64,000 nucleotides of DNA, taken from positions 4,278,001 through 4,342,000 of the forward strand of contig JBLDXI010000007.1 in the NCBI GenBank assembly GCA_047495785.1, in the 5' to 3' direction. This DNA comes from Lepidodermella squamata. Taxonomy: Eukaryota > Animalia > Gastrotricha. Numbering within the stretch: position 1 is the first letter of the stretch; every line of letters begins with the position of its first letter. The notes beneath the pieces are model-generated. The model saw only the letters and a program-made list of their open reading frames with translations. It was not told the origin of the DNA and ran no database searches. A program made the position numbers and the translations under genes. Below, in pieces: positions 35,601 through 47,677 of this stretch.

Positions 35601-36776
35601 TTGTTAGCTTTAATGCAGTTAAGCACAACGACCGCAGATACGTTTGTAGATAACATTAGTGCCGCAGCAGAATCTCCCGGCAAATTCCCGATTCCGGCGT
35701 TGGAAGAAGGCAATCACATGCCGACGCTCGATATCGACGATCTTCTACCCTGCAGAGCTATTGCCTCAGACTTGCGTTCGCCGAGCCCGCAGACTCAAAT
35801 CTACGCAACAATGACAATCGAACGCATGACTTCCGTCGATCAGACTGAGCAAGAAGTTTCGATGTGGGGCTCGCTGCTCCTTCAATGGATGGTCACTTCT
35901 TGCGCGGCGGCATACACGGCTCCACTGGTTGACGACAAAGAACGGTTGGTCTCAACTCGCCGGACCGACATCTGGCGGCCATCGCTAATCTTTGCAAATA
36001 AAACACCTGAATTCGACCAAACGAACCCGGCCTGTGGGGAAACATTGGACATTGCTTACTACCCCACGATTCCGAACCGTACGTTGTTTTTCCACTGGAA
36101 CCGGGTCGGAATATTTACAGCTAGCTGTCATCTCGAGCTTTCAAAATTCCCGTTTGATAGACAGATCTGCGAGATGGCGATGCTTACAACAGAATCCGCT
36201 AGCTTCGTAAGAATTGGCGGTTTTCACTTTTCGGCGGCTGGAGAACTATCTTACGGTGTATGGGCCTTGGATTCCTTGGTCGCTACAACTGGGAACGTCA
36301 CGAGTTCTACACGACTTACAGTCCCCGTTTCTTACGCTAAAGTGACATTTGTTTTGAAGCGCAATTCCGGCTTTTATTTTGTCAATACGATTATTCCATG
36401 TTACGTTTTAGTCACCCTGGCTTTTGTGACCTTCCTCATGGACCCCGCTGTTCCCGACCGACCCGGCATTTGTTGTACCATCATGTTGTCGTTGATTGTC
36501 GCCCAGTCAGATGTACTTTCAAGCATTCCTGAGACGAATCAGGAGATTCTGTTCGCGAACTACATTCTAGGCCTGACGGGGTCGATCGCTTGCATTGCCA
36601 CATATCAGATTGTTATGTCTTGGCTGGTTTCTAAGGATGAGGCGAAATTTGGCAGGCCGGTGAGCATACTTGGCAAATTTTCGATAACGCTGATTCGCGG
36701 GTTAGACAGTCTTGCATTCCTGTTTGCAATGGAAGTTGTTCTCGCTATAAACGTGAATTACATACCGTCGCTTTGA
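23629..36776 (+). CDS. Tandem L-type-lectin (x2)-stalk-Cys-loop pLGIC fusion
   Basis: Model join(23629-23871,23926-24043,28939-29368,29483-29663,30298-30424,30478-30719,35327-35572,35619-36776). Phases are consistent and the two lectin repeats align with each other. Channel part: DIWRPSLIFAN, Cys loop CHLELSKFPFDRQIC, four TM segments; clearly paralogous to 1661-4542. Confidence 0.75.
24087..28780 (-). mobile_element. Full-length APE-type LINE (ORF1 + endonuclease/RT ORF2) with frameshifts, inside an intron of the lectin-pLGIC gene
   Basis: ORF1 at 27893-28675 (coiled coil). APE motifs VAWNI, LLETW, IMGDLN, SDH. RT motifs QFGF, GVRQGDPLSPLLF, YADD. 14-bp TSD ataattcaaaatta at 24073-24086 and 28781-28794. 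Confidence 0.92.
30990..32669. mobile_element. Probable non-autonomous Tc1/mariner (pogo-like) element or remnants
   Basis: Ends ta-ca(a)gtgctccctcg ... cgagggagcactg-ta are inverted and TA-flanked; interior is non-coding. Confidence 0.4.
33242..33425. mobile_element. MITE-like element
   Basis: 25-bp TIRs agcgacgtgtcaaaacaaccacttt / aaagtggttgttttggcgcgtcgct, plus an inner inverted pair (agtacgctcg / cgagcgtact). Confidence 0.65.
33889..34336. repeat. ~150-bp near-perfect inverted repeat with ~145-bp spacer
   Basis: 33889-34039 is the reverse complement of 34183-34336 with few mismatches. Confidence 0.9.
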
Positions 36777-37399
36777 AATCAATTGAATTGATGATATGAA
36801 ATTGACAAGAAACATCACCATCTTAGGCCAGATATGCGGAGACAAAGTCCAACTACTTGTTGCTTTGATGGTCGATATGATAGCGTCTATAGCACTAGGT
36901 AGCACGGGATTCTTTCGATTGATTAATATAGTATGAAAAAATCTCACCCGCCAACCACACCAGCCCCACTACCACGACCGACCCAGCAGCAAGTAGTTGG
37001 ACACTGCATATCGAGACTATAATGACATTGGTCATTTTCCTTTCCGTATTGTGTATTTGTATACACTCAAAGCTGTGGTAGTAAAGTCTTGCTGTTGTGT
37101 TTACTTTCATTACATGTGGTCGTCACATTATGGCGTTCCAGAAAATGCAGTCTATGGTAGGCGCAATATTTGTTTACTCCGATTGCTCGACAAATTATTT
37201 ATAATATAGTCTCATTTCTGATGCGATTTTCAGCAATTGATATCCCTTGAATATTTCTAGCGTGTGATAAACTTGGCTCGCCGCGAACATCCCATGTCCG
37301 AGATCTCTAGCCCCATCTGTTATCCTCATAGCCATTTGGTTTCCAGTTTTAATGTTTGAATGTAACAAGACGAATCTTTGATAACCATTTTTTTAAATA

Positions 37400-37817
37400 C
37401 CGTAGTTACCGAAATACTAATGCGGGCTTATACAAAAATGATATCTCGAAAAATGGGGAAAAGTAGGCTTCTATTCAAGACTAGGCTTCTATTTGAGATA
37501 GGCTTATGCAACGGAGACCTGACTTTACTTTCTGTCTTTCAATCTCAAAACTGATCAAAGTTTTAATTATTAGTTATTAGCTAGGTCGTCTAATAGCTGA
37601 AAATTGAGAATACTAAGGAATGCTTTAAATAAAATCATCGTAAATAGCAGATTATTACATACCTTCACGAATTTTTCGTTTTTAAATACCGTTCAGCGCA
37701 GCAGAGAACACGCGCCGTAGTAGCCTAGGCTACTATTCGAGATAGGACTATGCATCGACGAATTTTAATTTACCTAGGCTTCTAAACGAGTGGGGGCTTA
37801 TATTTCGGTAACTACGG
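37400..37817. mobile_element. Tc2-like MITE related to 12756-13218
   Basis: TA TSD; perfect 17-bp TIR ccgtagttaccgaaata; internal ggcttctattYgaga repeats shared with the 12.8-kb element. Confidence 0.85.
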
Positions 37818-37829
37818 TAAACATGGTTT

Positions 37830-39341
37830 TATTGTAGGAAAACTCTATGCCATTATTCTCGAAAGAAAATTGAGAGCATTAATTGGGTCAAAAATTGCTA
37901 AACTGCAATTTGGTTTTCAACCCCTAAAGGGCACCAGAGACTGCATTTACGTTCTCCGACAAATTATTGAGAAAATGACATTCTTTAAGAAGGAACTCCG
38001 CCTAGTCTTCATCTATCTCGAAAAAGCCTATGATCTGGTGGACAGGGAAAAAGTATGGGCCGCCATCCAAAATATGGGTGTAGAACCCAGCTTAATTGAA
38101 GCTATTCAAAGTTTACATAAAGTAAATAAAGTTGCTGTTAGAGTCGATTCTGAGCTCTCAGATTTCTTCTATGTTACCAGGGGACTAAGACAGGGTTGCC
38201 CGTTGTCTCCTTTGCTATTCATAGCGACCTTCAACAAAATTTGCGAAAAAATATCTGCTGAAAAATTAGGCTTTCCTATTAGCGAGACCGCAAACAGCGA
38301 GACCGCTATGAGCGAGACTGATTTCCTAAATTTACTAGCGTTTGCTGACGATGGAACACTGTTAGGCATGAACCACGACGAAATTTCACGACTACTTCAC
38401 ATTTTCGATTTGGCTTGCACCGAATTGGGTCTGAAAATTAACGCGGCAAAAACTCAATATATGATTATTTCTAGAGACGAGTCAGCTACTCGAAATTACG
38501 AATTGGAATTGAACGGGGAAAAACTTGAAAAAGTGACCAAATTAAAATATTTAGGGAGTATTATTACTAGTGACGGCAAAATCGATGAGGAGTAAACTAC
38601 AGAATTTCTAAGGCAGGCAGTGTTTTCGGCGCCATGAATAAATTAATGTGCAACAAAAGTCAGGTTTCCATAGCTACAAAACTTAAGGTACTGACATGCG
38701 TTATAATACCATGCGTTATAATACCTGGGGGAGTGCAAACATAGCAACCTTGCCGTGATTTCTCGCCATCACGCTGTGTGCAACATAATCGTTGAGGAGC
38801 TCAGGAAACAAGGACTAGACGTTTTCCAAGAAATAAGTTGTGTTGATTCCCAAGGACAAGGCGTAGATATATTAGCTATCGATCAGGAGGCCCGCAGTGG
38901 AATTATCCTTGATCCATCAGAATCGAGAAGAATCCAAGAAACGGACAACACCAGTTCTATTCGGTAGACGCCGAAAAGAAAGCAATCTACGAAAGCTGCA
39001 TTGAAGATATCAACAAAACAAGGAAGCTGAAATAGATAACCGTCCTGGGGTTATATTTCGGATCTCGCGCCTCGATTTGCAAGCCGGCAGTGGACGCATT
39101 GCGCAATTTAGGAATCGGCAAACCAATCATCCATCGAATCCTTTCGGAAATAGCCTATCGCAGCAGCAAGATTTTTAATTCTTTCCTCTACGAACCCGTT
39201 AAATGAAATAATCCTAAACCTTAAAACACATATCCAAAGAACTTCTAGTTACTCCAGTGTCGTTATGGCAACTGTTATTTATAAATAACAGCGGGCTTTT
39301 GTTGTTTATAACAATAAAATATATATATAATATATATATAT
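37830..39341 (+). mobile_element. 5'-truncated defective non-LTR retrotransposon: RT fragment plus C-terminal restriction-like endonuclease
   Basis: RT motifs QFGF, LEKAYD, GLRQGCPLSPLLF, FADD, with a premature stop at 38593-38595. Then RHHAVCNII..LR..G..V..E, DILAID..GIILDP, EKKAIY. Ends with AATAAA and a (TA)n tail. Confidence 0.8.
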
Positions 39342-40095
39342 CATTTACGCCTGCGAATCGTGGAACATATCGATAGCCCAAGAAAATAGACTAAAAGCGG
39401 CAGCTCCTGTCTAGGTTGATTGGCCAATCGCTGGAGAATCGCATCGCCGTCGTACTGCTGATGATGATCAGGAGCCGCAGGGCATTGCAACTGAACGCGG
39501 ACCTGTCTCATGAGCAAATAAACAACAACAATACCAAAGAAAAAGTAACAATGCGCCGTGCGAAATTCTATATTTAGGCTCCTAAATCCTAAACGTCAGC
39601 CAGTTAGTTCAAAGCTCGCGAATCATAGAAAAATGCACTTCGACTCATTCCTCGCCAGTGCGCGAAGTAGGATCCTCGACCTAGGAGGTATCTTTGGGTA
39701 CGAAATATATGATCAAGGGTCCCCACTGATGTTTTTTCGGACTTTTTGCTTTGGCCTAGAGAACTGGGAGAGGAGAGGGGAGAAGTGCGATATCCCTCAT
39801 TCCCCGTACTTCGCGCACTGTTCCTCGCCGCTTGAGGTGGGGCTGGCGCAGGCGTCTCGATTCTTACCGCTCGAGGTGCAGCTGCGGGTGGGTCAATTCT
39901 TGCCGGCTGAGGTGCGGCCGCTGGAGGTCGCAAGAACTCGTCCAAAAAACCGCCAACTTCTCTCCCGATCTGCATGTGCAACTAAGTTCGCAACTAAGGC
40001 AGCTCGCGTCTAAGTTGATTCGCCAATCGGTGGAGAATCGCACCGCCGTAGTACTGGGCATCGTAAGCCGCTGGTCTTTGCACCTGAACTCGCAC

Positions 40096-43000
40096 CTACC
40101 TAGCTTCCGGTCTGCGTTCGACAACGCTGCGCAGAGTGATTTCAATGCCGTTATCCGCCAGGTCTTGTTGAATCGACTGGAGAACATTGATGCGAACCTG
40201 CTCGTCAGCCAGCGTCTTCAGGTAGGCTATCACAGCCTTTGACTTGTTTTGCTTTTGAATCCGTTGGAATTCATCGGCCGAGCAAAAGTACTCGTTCGGT
40301 TTCGGGTTGAATTCGCAGGTCCGCACATGTGCATGAGCATCTGCTCCGCAGTCCACAAGGCAGAAGCCACAAAATTTGGCCTGACAGTTGGGGTCTGCGC
40401 AAGTTAGAGCGAGACAGCCGTCAAAGTCGAAAAAAACCTGAAAGAAGAAACATTGAACGCTTGAAGTGATAGGATCAGTTTCATACCCTTTTGCAATGGG
40501 GGCATTTAAGGTTGAGGATTTCATTGAGGATGTGGGTGCAGTGTTGGCGGACGCTGCCGTCAGCCGATCGAAACCTCACAGCCCGGCAGTAGTAGCCCTT
40601 GTGGGCGATTCGAGCGCTTTTTGCGTGGTCACTGCAGGACAGACAGTAGAATTCCTCGCATTGATCGCAATAACCAACGCATTCACCGCCATTACGTGTC
40701 TCCTCCTCTCCAGTGACCGGCTTTTTCGAGAAGATTATCCTGTAAAATGAAACATTCGTTCGAGAAAGTTTTTAAATCAAAATTACGAATGCCTCAAGAT
40801 TTCAATAATATCAATTCAATAATTCTTGGTAAAAAATACTAGGATTAATGAAGTACTCACCCGTCACAGCTTTCTTTTACGCAACGTCTGTGCCTCTGGG
40901 AATTATCTTTCAAGAAGCAATCGATCATTTGCCTCTTGAGCTTCGGCATCTCCTTGTCAGGACAGTACGTTGTGATATCACATGTGGCCATGAGCGCACC
41001 GCAGTTTTCATGCGAGCATTTGACGGGGATTTGGATAATCTCCTGCTGGAACATGCTCGACAAGCATTCCTTGTGAAATGAATGACCACACGCCACGGGA
41101 ACCGCATCTGTTTCGTCGCACAGACAAATAGGACAAATGGAGTCGTCCTTTGTCAGCAGCGACTTCTGCTGAGGCGCCACGTGAACGAGACCCGCCTTCA
41201 ACTGTTCAACGGCTCTCCTATCACCGCGGTCGCAAGTAGTTTATTGCCGCTGAAAACCAAATGAAGCAGTTTGTAAGTCTTTTGTAGGGAGGCCGTAGTA
41301 TCCTGAATTCTCTGCCGGTGTTTCACGGCTATCAATATCGGCTCATCTAGCATCAGTCGGTCCAGAGCGCCGATCAAACGATTTAGTTTGACCTGCTCCC
41401 GAGCTTTGCATGCGTCTGATCCAAAACTCTTGATGACCCTGGTTGCGTAATCAACGTGGATCGTTGTTGAAGTTTTGCAAAGCTCATATAGGCAAATAGA
41501 GCCGTAATTTGTGAACAGTTTGTTCTTGGACGGATGCTGGAAAATAACGGCGATCATAAATTGCTGGAACCTGGATCTAGCCTCGTCAATGTCAAGTTCG
41601 CCTTTCGAGGTTCGGAAAAACAACACAACTGGCCTCTGCTTCCGCTCGTAATTTGCTCTCACTTTAACCTTCCCCTCACTGTCAATTATCGAAACCAAGT
41701 CGACGAATTCAGCTTTGCGACTCTCCCAAAGGAATCGCTCGATCGACATTCGCTGCGTGAATTCCAGTTCCAGCCTAATCGGCTGGTAGAAGTTCGGAGG
41801 TAGGTAACAGCTCCTTAGTTCTTCCATCACGACCTGCGCATCAGCCGCTTCATCAAACGGGATGTAGACACAACCACGGACAGCTTTTTCCTGGAAAACG
41901 AAAACCACATCATCCTCCTCGCAATCGAAGGGGAGATTTCCGTCATTCAGAGCAGCGACGGTATAAACGAAATCTATCGCGGTTTGACGTGACGCGCCAT
42001 TCCGCTTTCGTTTGACGAAGCAGGAATCTGGCTCTGGCAAATGGTTCACCCGAATGAATGACATGATGTCATGCTCGTCGACTTCTCGAGGTAATCGTCC
42101 GACAAAAACTAGGTATCGATGACTGGGATCGCTCGAAGGCCTGAATTTTGCATTAGCCTCTACGTTCAACGCCTTCAAAAAAATGTTGCCAAACCTTCTG
42201 CGTAACGGCATGAAGCTGCGGTCTAGGAATCTGTTGCCATCAGCGGCAGTTTTGAATGCGATGGTGCAACCTCCCATAGATTCCCCTAAAGCGAATGAAA
42301 TGACGACCCTAACCGACCTGTTGAGAACAACAGACGGTTGTGTAGCGCCTCCCGGGATAGCGCGAATCGGGAAGCCTTCAATAGTCAAATCTCGCAGATT
42401 TTCGAGAGCGAGCCGAGCTTCTTCTCGGTTATTGAACATTATCGTCGCTTGGTTCTGACCTTTGTCGTCCGAAATGCTGCAGTAACGAATTTCGTGGTAG
42501 TTTTGTTCCATCAGTAGCTTGAGTGAACTCTCCGTCATCTTGTCGGGAAGCCCTTTCAGCACAATACTGATGAATTGCTCGCCGAGTAGCAAATCGAGAA
42601 CGCGGCCGCCATCGCACCACGCCATTCGGACATTGCCAACGCAAGCTTCTTCCACGACAGTGCGTTGCAACTCCTCTTTGTACGAGTCGATGATTTTCTC
42701 CATTTTTCTTCGAACAGCCACAGCCGTTGATGGAGTGCACCAGGCTAGAAGAGTGGCGCTTTCATAATCAACTTGCACGTCTTTCATATCAGGAATCTTT
42801 TGCATGAATGATTTTTTCTCTGATAAATTTTCGCCCAGCATGATTCGAAGTATTATCTCCGACACAGCCAGATTTACCTCTGGCTGCACGAGATTGCTTC
42901 TCAGTTGGCTGTACTTTGAGTACAAGAACCAATTGTCGGCTTTCAAGTCTTCAAAGTCAATAGGCTCGGCCAGGTGGATGTAACACTCGCCAGCACTTTG

Positions 43001-46000
43001 AAAGTAATCCAGGACAACAATGCATCCGGGCAGCTGCTCCCAATTATGAAGCATTGATGAAGCACTTATCTTGGCTGCAATTTTCCCCAGGCCAATTTGA
43101 TACTGGCGATTCGGTAGAAGAAAAGCAATGTTGCGAAAAAGAGCTTGCATAGCCATCATGCGTAAAGCTTTCAAGTCATGGGTTACCACTTGTGAGCGTG
43201 ACCACAAGTCGGAATTTCGAAGAATTCGCTTCAACTCCTGAGAAAGAAGCCAAGTCTTTACGATCGTTGCAGAATTGAGCCCCTTTGACTTAAGCCAATT
43301 TTTAACCTCGATGGTATGAGGTTCTTCGAGGGAGGGTAACGCTTGCAACATATTTGAATCGTCCTTGAAAACGGCTCGCATCTTCTCAGTCCAGAGATTT
43401 ATCAACTCAAGCATCGTGATAAGGTCACCAAAGGCGCTATTATTATTTTCCAATTGATGAAACGGAAAGGGAATCGCTTTGAGCTGCTTAGCCGTGGTTA
43501 AAAGAGCGACAAAGCGAACTGCAGATTCTCCAAAACCTAATGGAAAGTTACATGCGCGAATCTTGTTGAAGTGGACATGAATTCCTTGTGAACTAGGTTT
43601 GCCTTCATAATTTTCGCTACTATTCTCCGTTTTGATCTACTTAGAACTTACCCTGTGAACATGAATGATAGAATAATCGGCTAATAATTGGATGGAACGG
43701 CAGGTTGGCGCAAACTTCGCCAATTTTGTTCAATTTTCGAGAGTCTTCGATTAGGCCGAAAAGTCGTAAGCTTTCTTGTGTTACTTCCTCAAGCCGAGGG
43801 TCGACATCGAGAATAGGGCACGCGGTTTGAGGCAGAAACTGATGTTTAATAAGCTCCAAGACATGGGCACCACTCTTTCCCCTGACGTGGCAATGAGTTG
43901 GAAATGCTTCATATTGCCGAGCTGAGTAGAGCCTCACACAAAGCCCGCCTCGCTTTGCTCTGGATAGCCGTTGTTCGGCGGAAGCTTTCGATATCCATTC
44001 AGACACGGAATCCGGTGAAAAATGGTCCTCTGAATTTGAAATTTCCTGATTTCAGGACAGTGTGTCAATCATCATTTAGTCAGCGCGCAATTCTCACCTC
44101 ATTGAAGCCGCAATCAATGACGATCGTTACATTTTGAAACGCAACTGTTTCGGCGCACCTTGTTGAAAATATAACTAGCCGCTCGTTCTTGATGTTCAGA
44201 AAATCTTCGAATTCTGCAACAGTCGTTTGTTCTGTTAGAACTAGAGCCAAAAATGTTGGTTTTATTCCACTCATCCTTTCCTTGCAATGTCTCATTGTGA
44301 ATTCGGCCTTTTAAATAGAAAAAAATAGGCTATCGAAAATTCGGAATTTGGACAGACCTGAGTTGAATTGGGCAAGAAGCACAACATATTCCCGTTGCGC
44401 TTATTGTTCGATATTTCGTTCGCAATGATTCCAGCCAATTTGAATCCAGTGATGCCAGCCAAATCGGCATTTCTGTAGACGACGTTCACCGGCATATCAA
44501 TGACTCGAGGGATTTCGATTATAGGGCAATCGAATAGAAATGTTGAGGCCTTTGCCATAGTATTACGGCTGCAGAGGACAACAACTTTCAGCTCTGAGTC
44601 GTCGGAACACAAATCGCGAAGTCGGTGTAACAGAAGCTCAGTTTCGAGATGGCCAGAGTCTATCTCATCTAGAACTACCACGCCAATACGAGCTAAATCG
44701 GGATCGGTGTGGCAACGTGGGTTGTGCTGGGATAGCTTCTCCAAAAATGAAGAGGCCGTCACGCATTCGATTTGCATTTCCGGGCTCTTTCTTGAGAATT
44801 TATCCGTTTTTAGGCCTATATATTTACCGCCGACGTCACCGTATTGCTTGGCAAAATTCTCCGCCATACTCACCGCTGCGATGTCGTTCAGTTGACTAAC
44901 AACCACTGTCATGTTGTGGAACTCGGGCATTTCAGCGAGAATCAGTGGAACGTTTGTGGATTTTCCCGTGCCACAATCTCCAGATACGACCAAAAATTGA
45001 GAACCAGATCGCAACTCGGCAGAAATCTCATTCCGAACCAGCTGGACGGGCCAGTGTGGGGGTTTCAGATTACCGATGTTGCGGCGTATTATCCTTCCAC
45101 GCAAGTTGTGATCAGGGTGAATCAACGCCTGAATTATTGCAGTGTGAACATTTTTTCGGCATGCTTCAAGAGCTACGACGTCCGCGCTTCGCAAGTTCGA
45201 CTCCAGTTCTTGGATAATTCTCTTGAAAGCTGAAAGGTATACATAGAAGATAGAACTCTTTCAAGGATCACAATGTGATATTTACAGGTTTCAACGTCTT
45301 TCCTGAGATCTTCGTCGAGTGTGTCCACCGCTGACATCAGAGCTGATATACCACTTTTTGCCGCGTCGATATCTACTTTCTCAACTTCAAGTCCTGGATC
45401 AACTATCGGCTTGTTACCAACGGGGTGCCGAAATTTGCATGTCGATTTATTTTTACAGGCACTTCCGTTGCGACATTTCCGCTTTTCAATTTTCTTCGTC
45501 TTCGAAGTCGTTTTTGTTGCCGAAGTGATCGATTTGCTACTGCTCAGCTTTTCATCTGCTGAATGCAGCAATTTGCAGGTTGAAATGTTGTTACACCCCG
45601 TTCCAGCTTCACATTTCTTTGGCCGATTCCCAGGATGTCTCAGGGTGCACTCCAGCTCAAAGCAAGTGTGAGCCTTCGGGCAACGCTCGACCAAGTGAAC
45701 TTTTTCGCATTTCATATTGTCACAAATCTCAGGTTTTGTGCACAACTCATTTACGGCGGGTGATATTGGTTTTTCGTAAACTGGATGGATTAGTTTGCAT
45801 TTACCGAGGCACGCTAAGCCGACGGCGCATTTCCGAGGCCGATTTCCCGGATGCCGTTTCTGGCAGTCATACAAGCGGCAAAGATGGCTAAACTCACATT
45901 TTTCGACGAGATGGCCATGCTGACATTTCATGTTCGTGCAATCATGTGGCTTTTTACATAATTTAGGCCCAACAACCTTCTTCGATGCGGCTCCATTTTG

Positions 46001-46006
46001 CTCCAT
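40096..46006 (-). CDS. CCCH zinc fingers + DEAH/RHA-like helicase + RRM + RBR E3 ligase (DEAH11/12-type architecture); one apparent frameshift, possible pseudogene
   Basis: Seven CCCH fingers; Walker A GDCGTGKST; LDEID; HA2-like LPFHPIISR; RRM (VLKGLP..A.I.F); RING1 CPIC..CGHSFHKEC; IBR; Rcat KCPHC..FDGCLALTC..FCGFC. Multi-exon; frame break at ~41225. Confidence 0.8.
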
Positions 46007-46559
46007 TTACTAAATTCGTGTTCAGATATATGTTCCTACTCGGTCCAGAGAAAGATACAATCATTTGGTAAGCCCTGAAAGGCTCAAATCAGATCCAATA
46101 GTGAATATAGTGAAGTAGGACCTGGTGGGGATTACGAAAATTGACGTAATAGGGGTCTTCGACTGAGCTCACCCTACGGATCCCTACCATTCATAGAGGT
46201 ACTGCGTACATTTACATTTGTCTGTTTTTAGGCTCTAATATCAAATGCTTCGCGCCAGAGAAAGCATGCTGTTTTGCAAGCAATGATCATTTCTGAATTA
46301 ATTACAGTGGGCTTCGAGTGCGTACCGAAAATTCTACGTCAGCACTCTGGGTACATTGATCTGCATATTTTTGGTATTAGCAGAGCGAGGAGCGGGTAAA
46401 GGCCTTCTAATTTTGAGCATTTATAGCCTATTAGGTCCACTCCTGCACACGATTTTAAATTTGAGCATGCAGTTATGCTTTCGATTTCGGAGGTTGTTGC
46501 CGGGGAACATAGTTGACAGTGAGTATTAAAATTGGGTTTTCGTGAACATTTTCCGAGCT

Positions 46560-46860
46560 GAAGGTGGATAAAAAAGTCTATAGGTCGATGAAAGCCTTTC
46601 CAATTTTCACGTGGTTATCTTCCTTTGAAAAGCTTGAAGAAGCCTGAAGGGCAAAGCTCGACTAGTAGTTCGGAGAACTCAATAGCTCAACTGATTTATT
46701 CAGATTTTTTCTGGGTGAGTACTAAGTATATGATAACCTCCGTGATGATAACCCCTATGCTTTATAAAAAGAAAAATATCAAAGATAGGCTTATCAGCTC
46801 TTGTGATTCTGGCGTTAAACCAGCCCTTTTTTATGATCACGCTTGCTAATGAATCATTTA
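46560..46860 (-). mobile_element. Degraded LINE ORF2 relic related to the 24-28.8-kb LINE
   Basis: Minus-strand translation AIEFSELLVELCPSGFFKL matches AIEFSELIDLCPSDFFKL in the intact LINE. Confidence 0.6.
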
Positions 46861-47677
46861 GCATATTTCCTATTTGCTGAAATCCGAAATGGGCTTACAC
46901 CTCACACTGTCTGTTGCTGTCTGATGTGCATTGAGCGTCGAGATCGAGTTCGATCGCTAATCCCCATCATGTCGACTATGATTCTTCAATGAAGTTCTAC
47001 CTCCACGGTGGTCGACTGTTACAAAAATGGCAAGTTGCAGTTTACGAGGATCGGCGAGACTGCACTAATTTTAGCGAAGACTCAGCTGCCCGACCCCGCA
47101 AGCAAAGACCTTGAGAGCGATCAATCGGGAACCACGGCATCAGCCAATCTGACGTCTCGAAATTAGAAAGGATTTTCGTTTGTTATGCGGAATTGATTCG
47201 AAATAAAAAATTGTATTCCTATTTTAACCTTTAAACCATCGGTTTGAAGCTTCGAAATTGGGCACTGCTTCACGAGAAAGAACGGAAAAATGTAATTTGC
47301 AATAGCTGCAATGCACTATGCACTGTGCGGACCTGGTACCAATATTCGTCGCCAATTATATATTCTTTTTCTTATATTTATCTTATTCTTTATTCTTCAT
47401 TTTTATCTGAATAATTGGCGAAATTTTGAGACAGAACTGTGTACTCCTTCAGCAGATTCATCTAGTTGCGTTAAATGTCTACATCTGCCGACAGTTTAGC
47501 CGTTTATTGCTGTTTTTAAGCTGCTTCAGCTAGCCTTCTATTATTCAATTGTCAACGGCATGATTATATTAAATAATCATTCGTGTTCAAATCGGAAAAT
47601 CGCCATAAGAAAAATTGCAATGAAATGCATGAAAAAATCTGTAGATGTACCAGAAAATAATCTCGAAGCTGCACATT

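Noticed and set aside
35583-35618. Apparent signal peptide (MIFTFLLLALMQ) that would make 35583-36776 a stand-alone channel
   Set aside because: It starts at GTG, not ATG, and lies in the T-rich 46-nt intron 35573-35618 that joins the lectin/stalk exon in frame.
36895-37110. Small minus-strand ORF with a hydrophobic stretch
   Set aside because: No convincing gene model, motif or paralog.
39982-40098. Alternative genetic code (TAG = Gln)
   Set aside because: Other genes in the window terminate normally at TAG/TAA, and long ORFs contain no internal TAGs.
45173-45290. Apparent frameshift between the zinc-finger ORF and the helicase ORF
   Set aside because: A short phase-1 GT-AG intron restores the frame (ET|SFKRIIQELESNLRSADVV).
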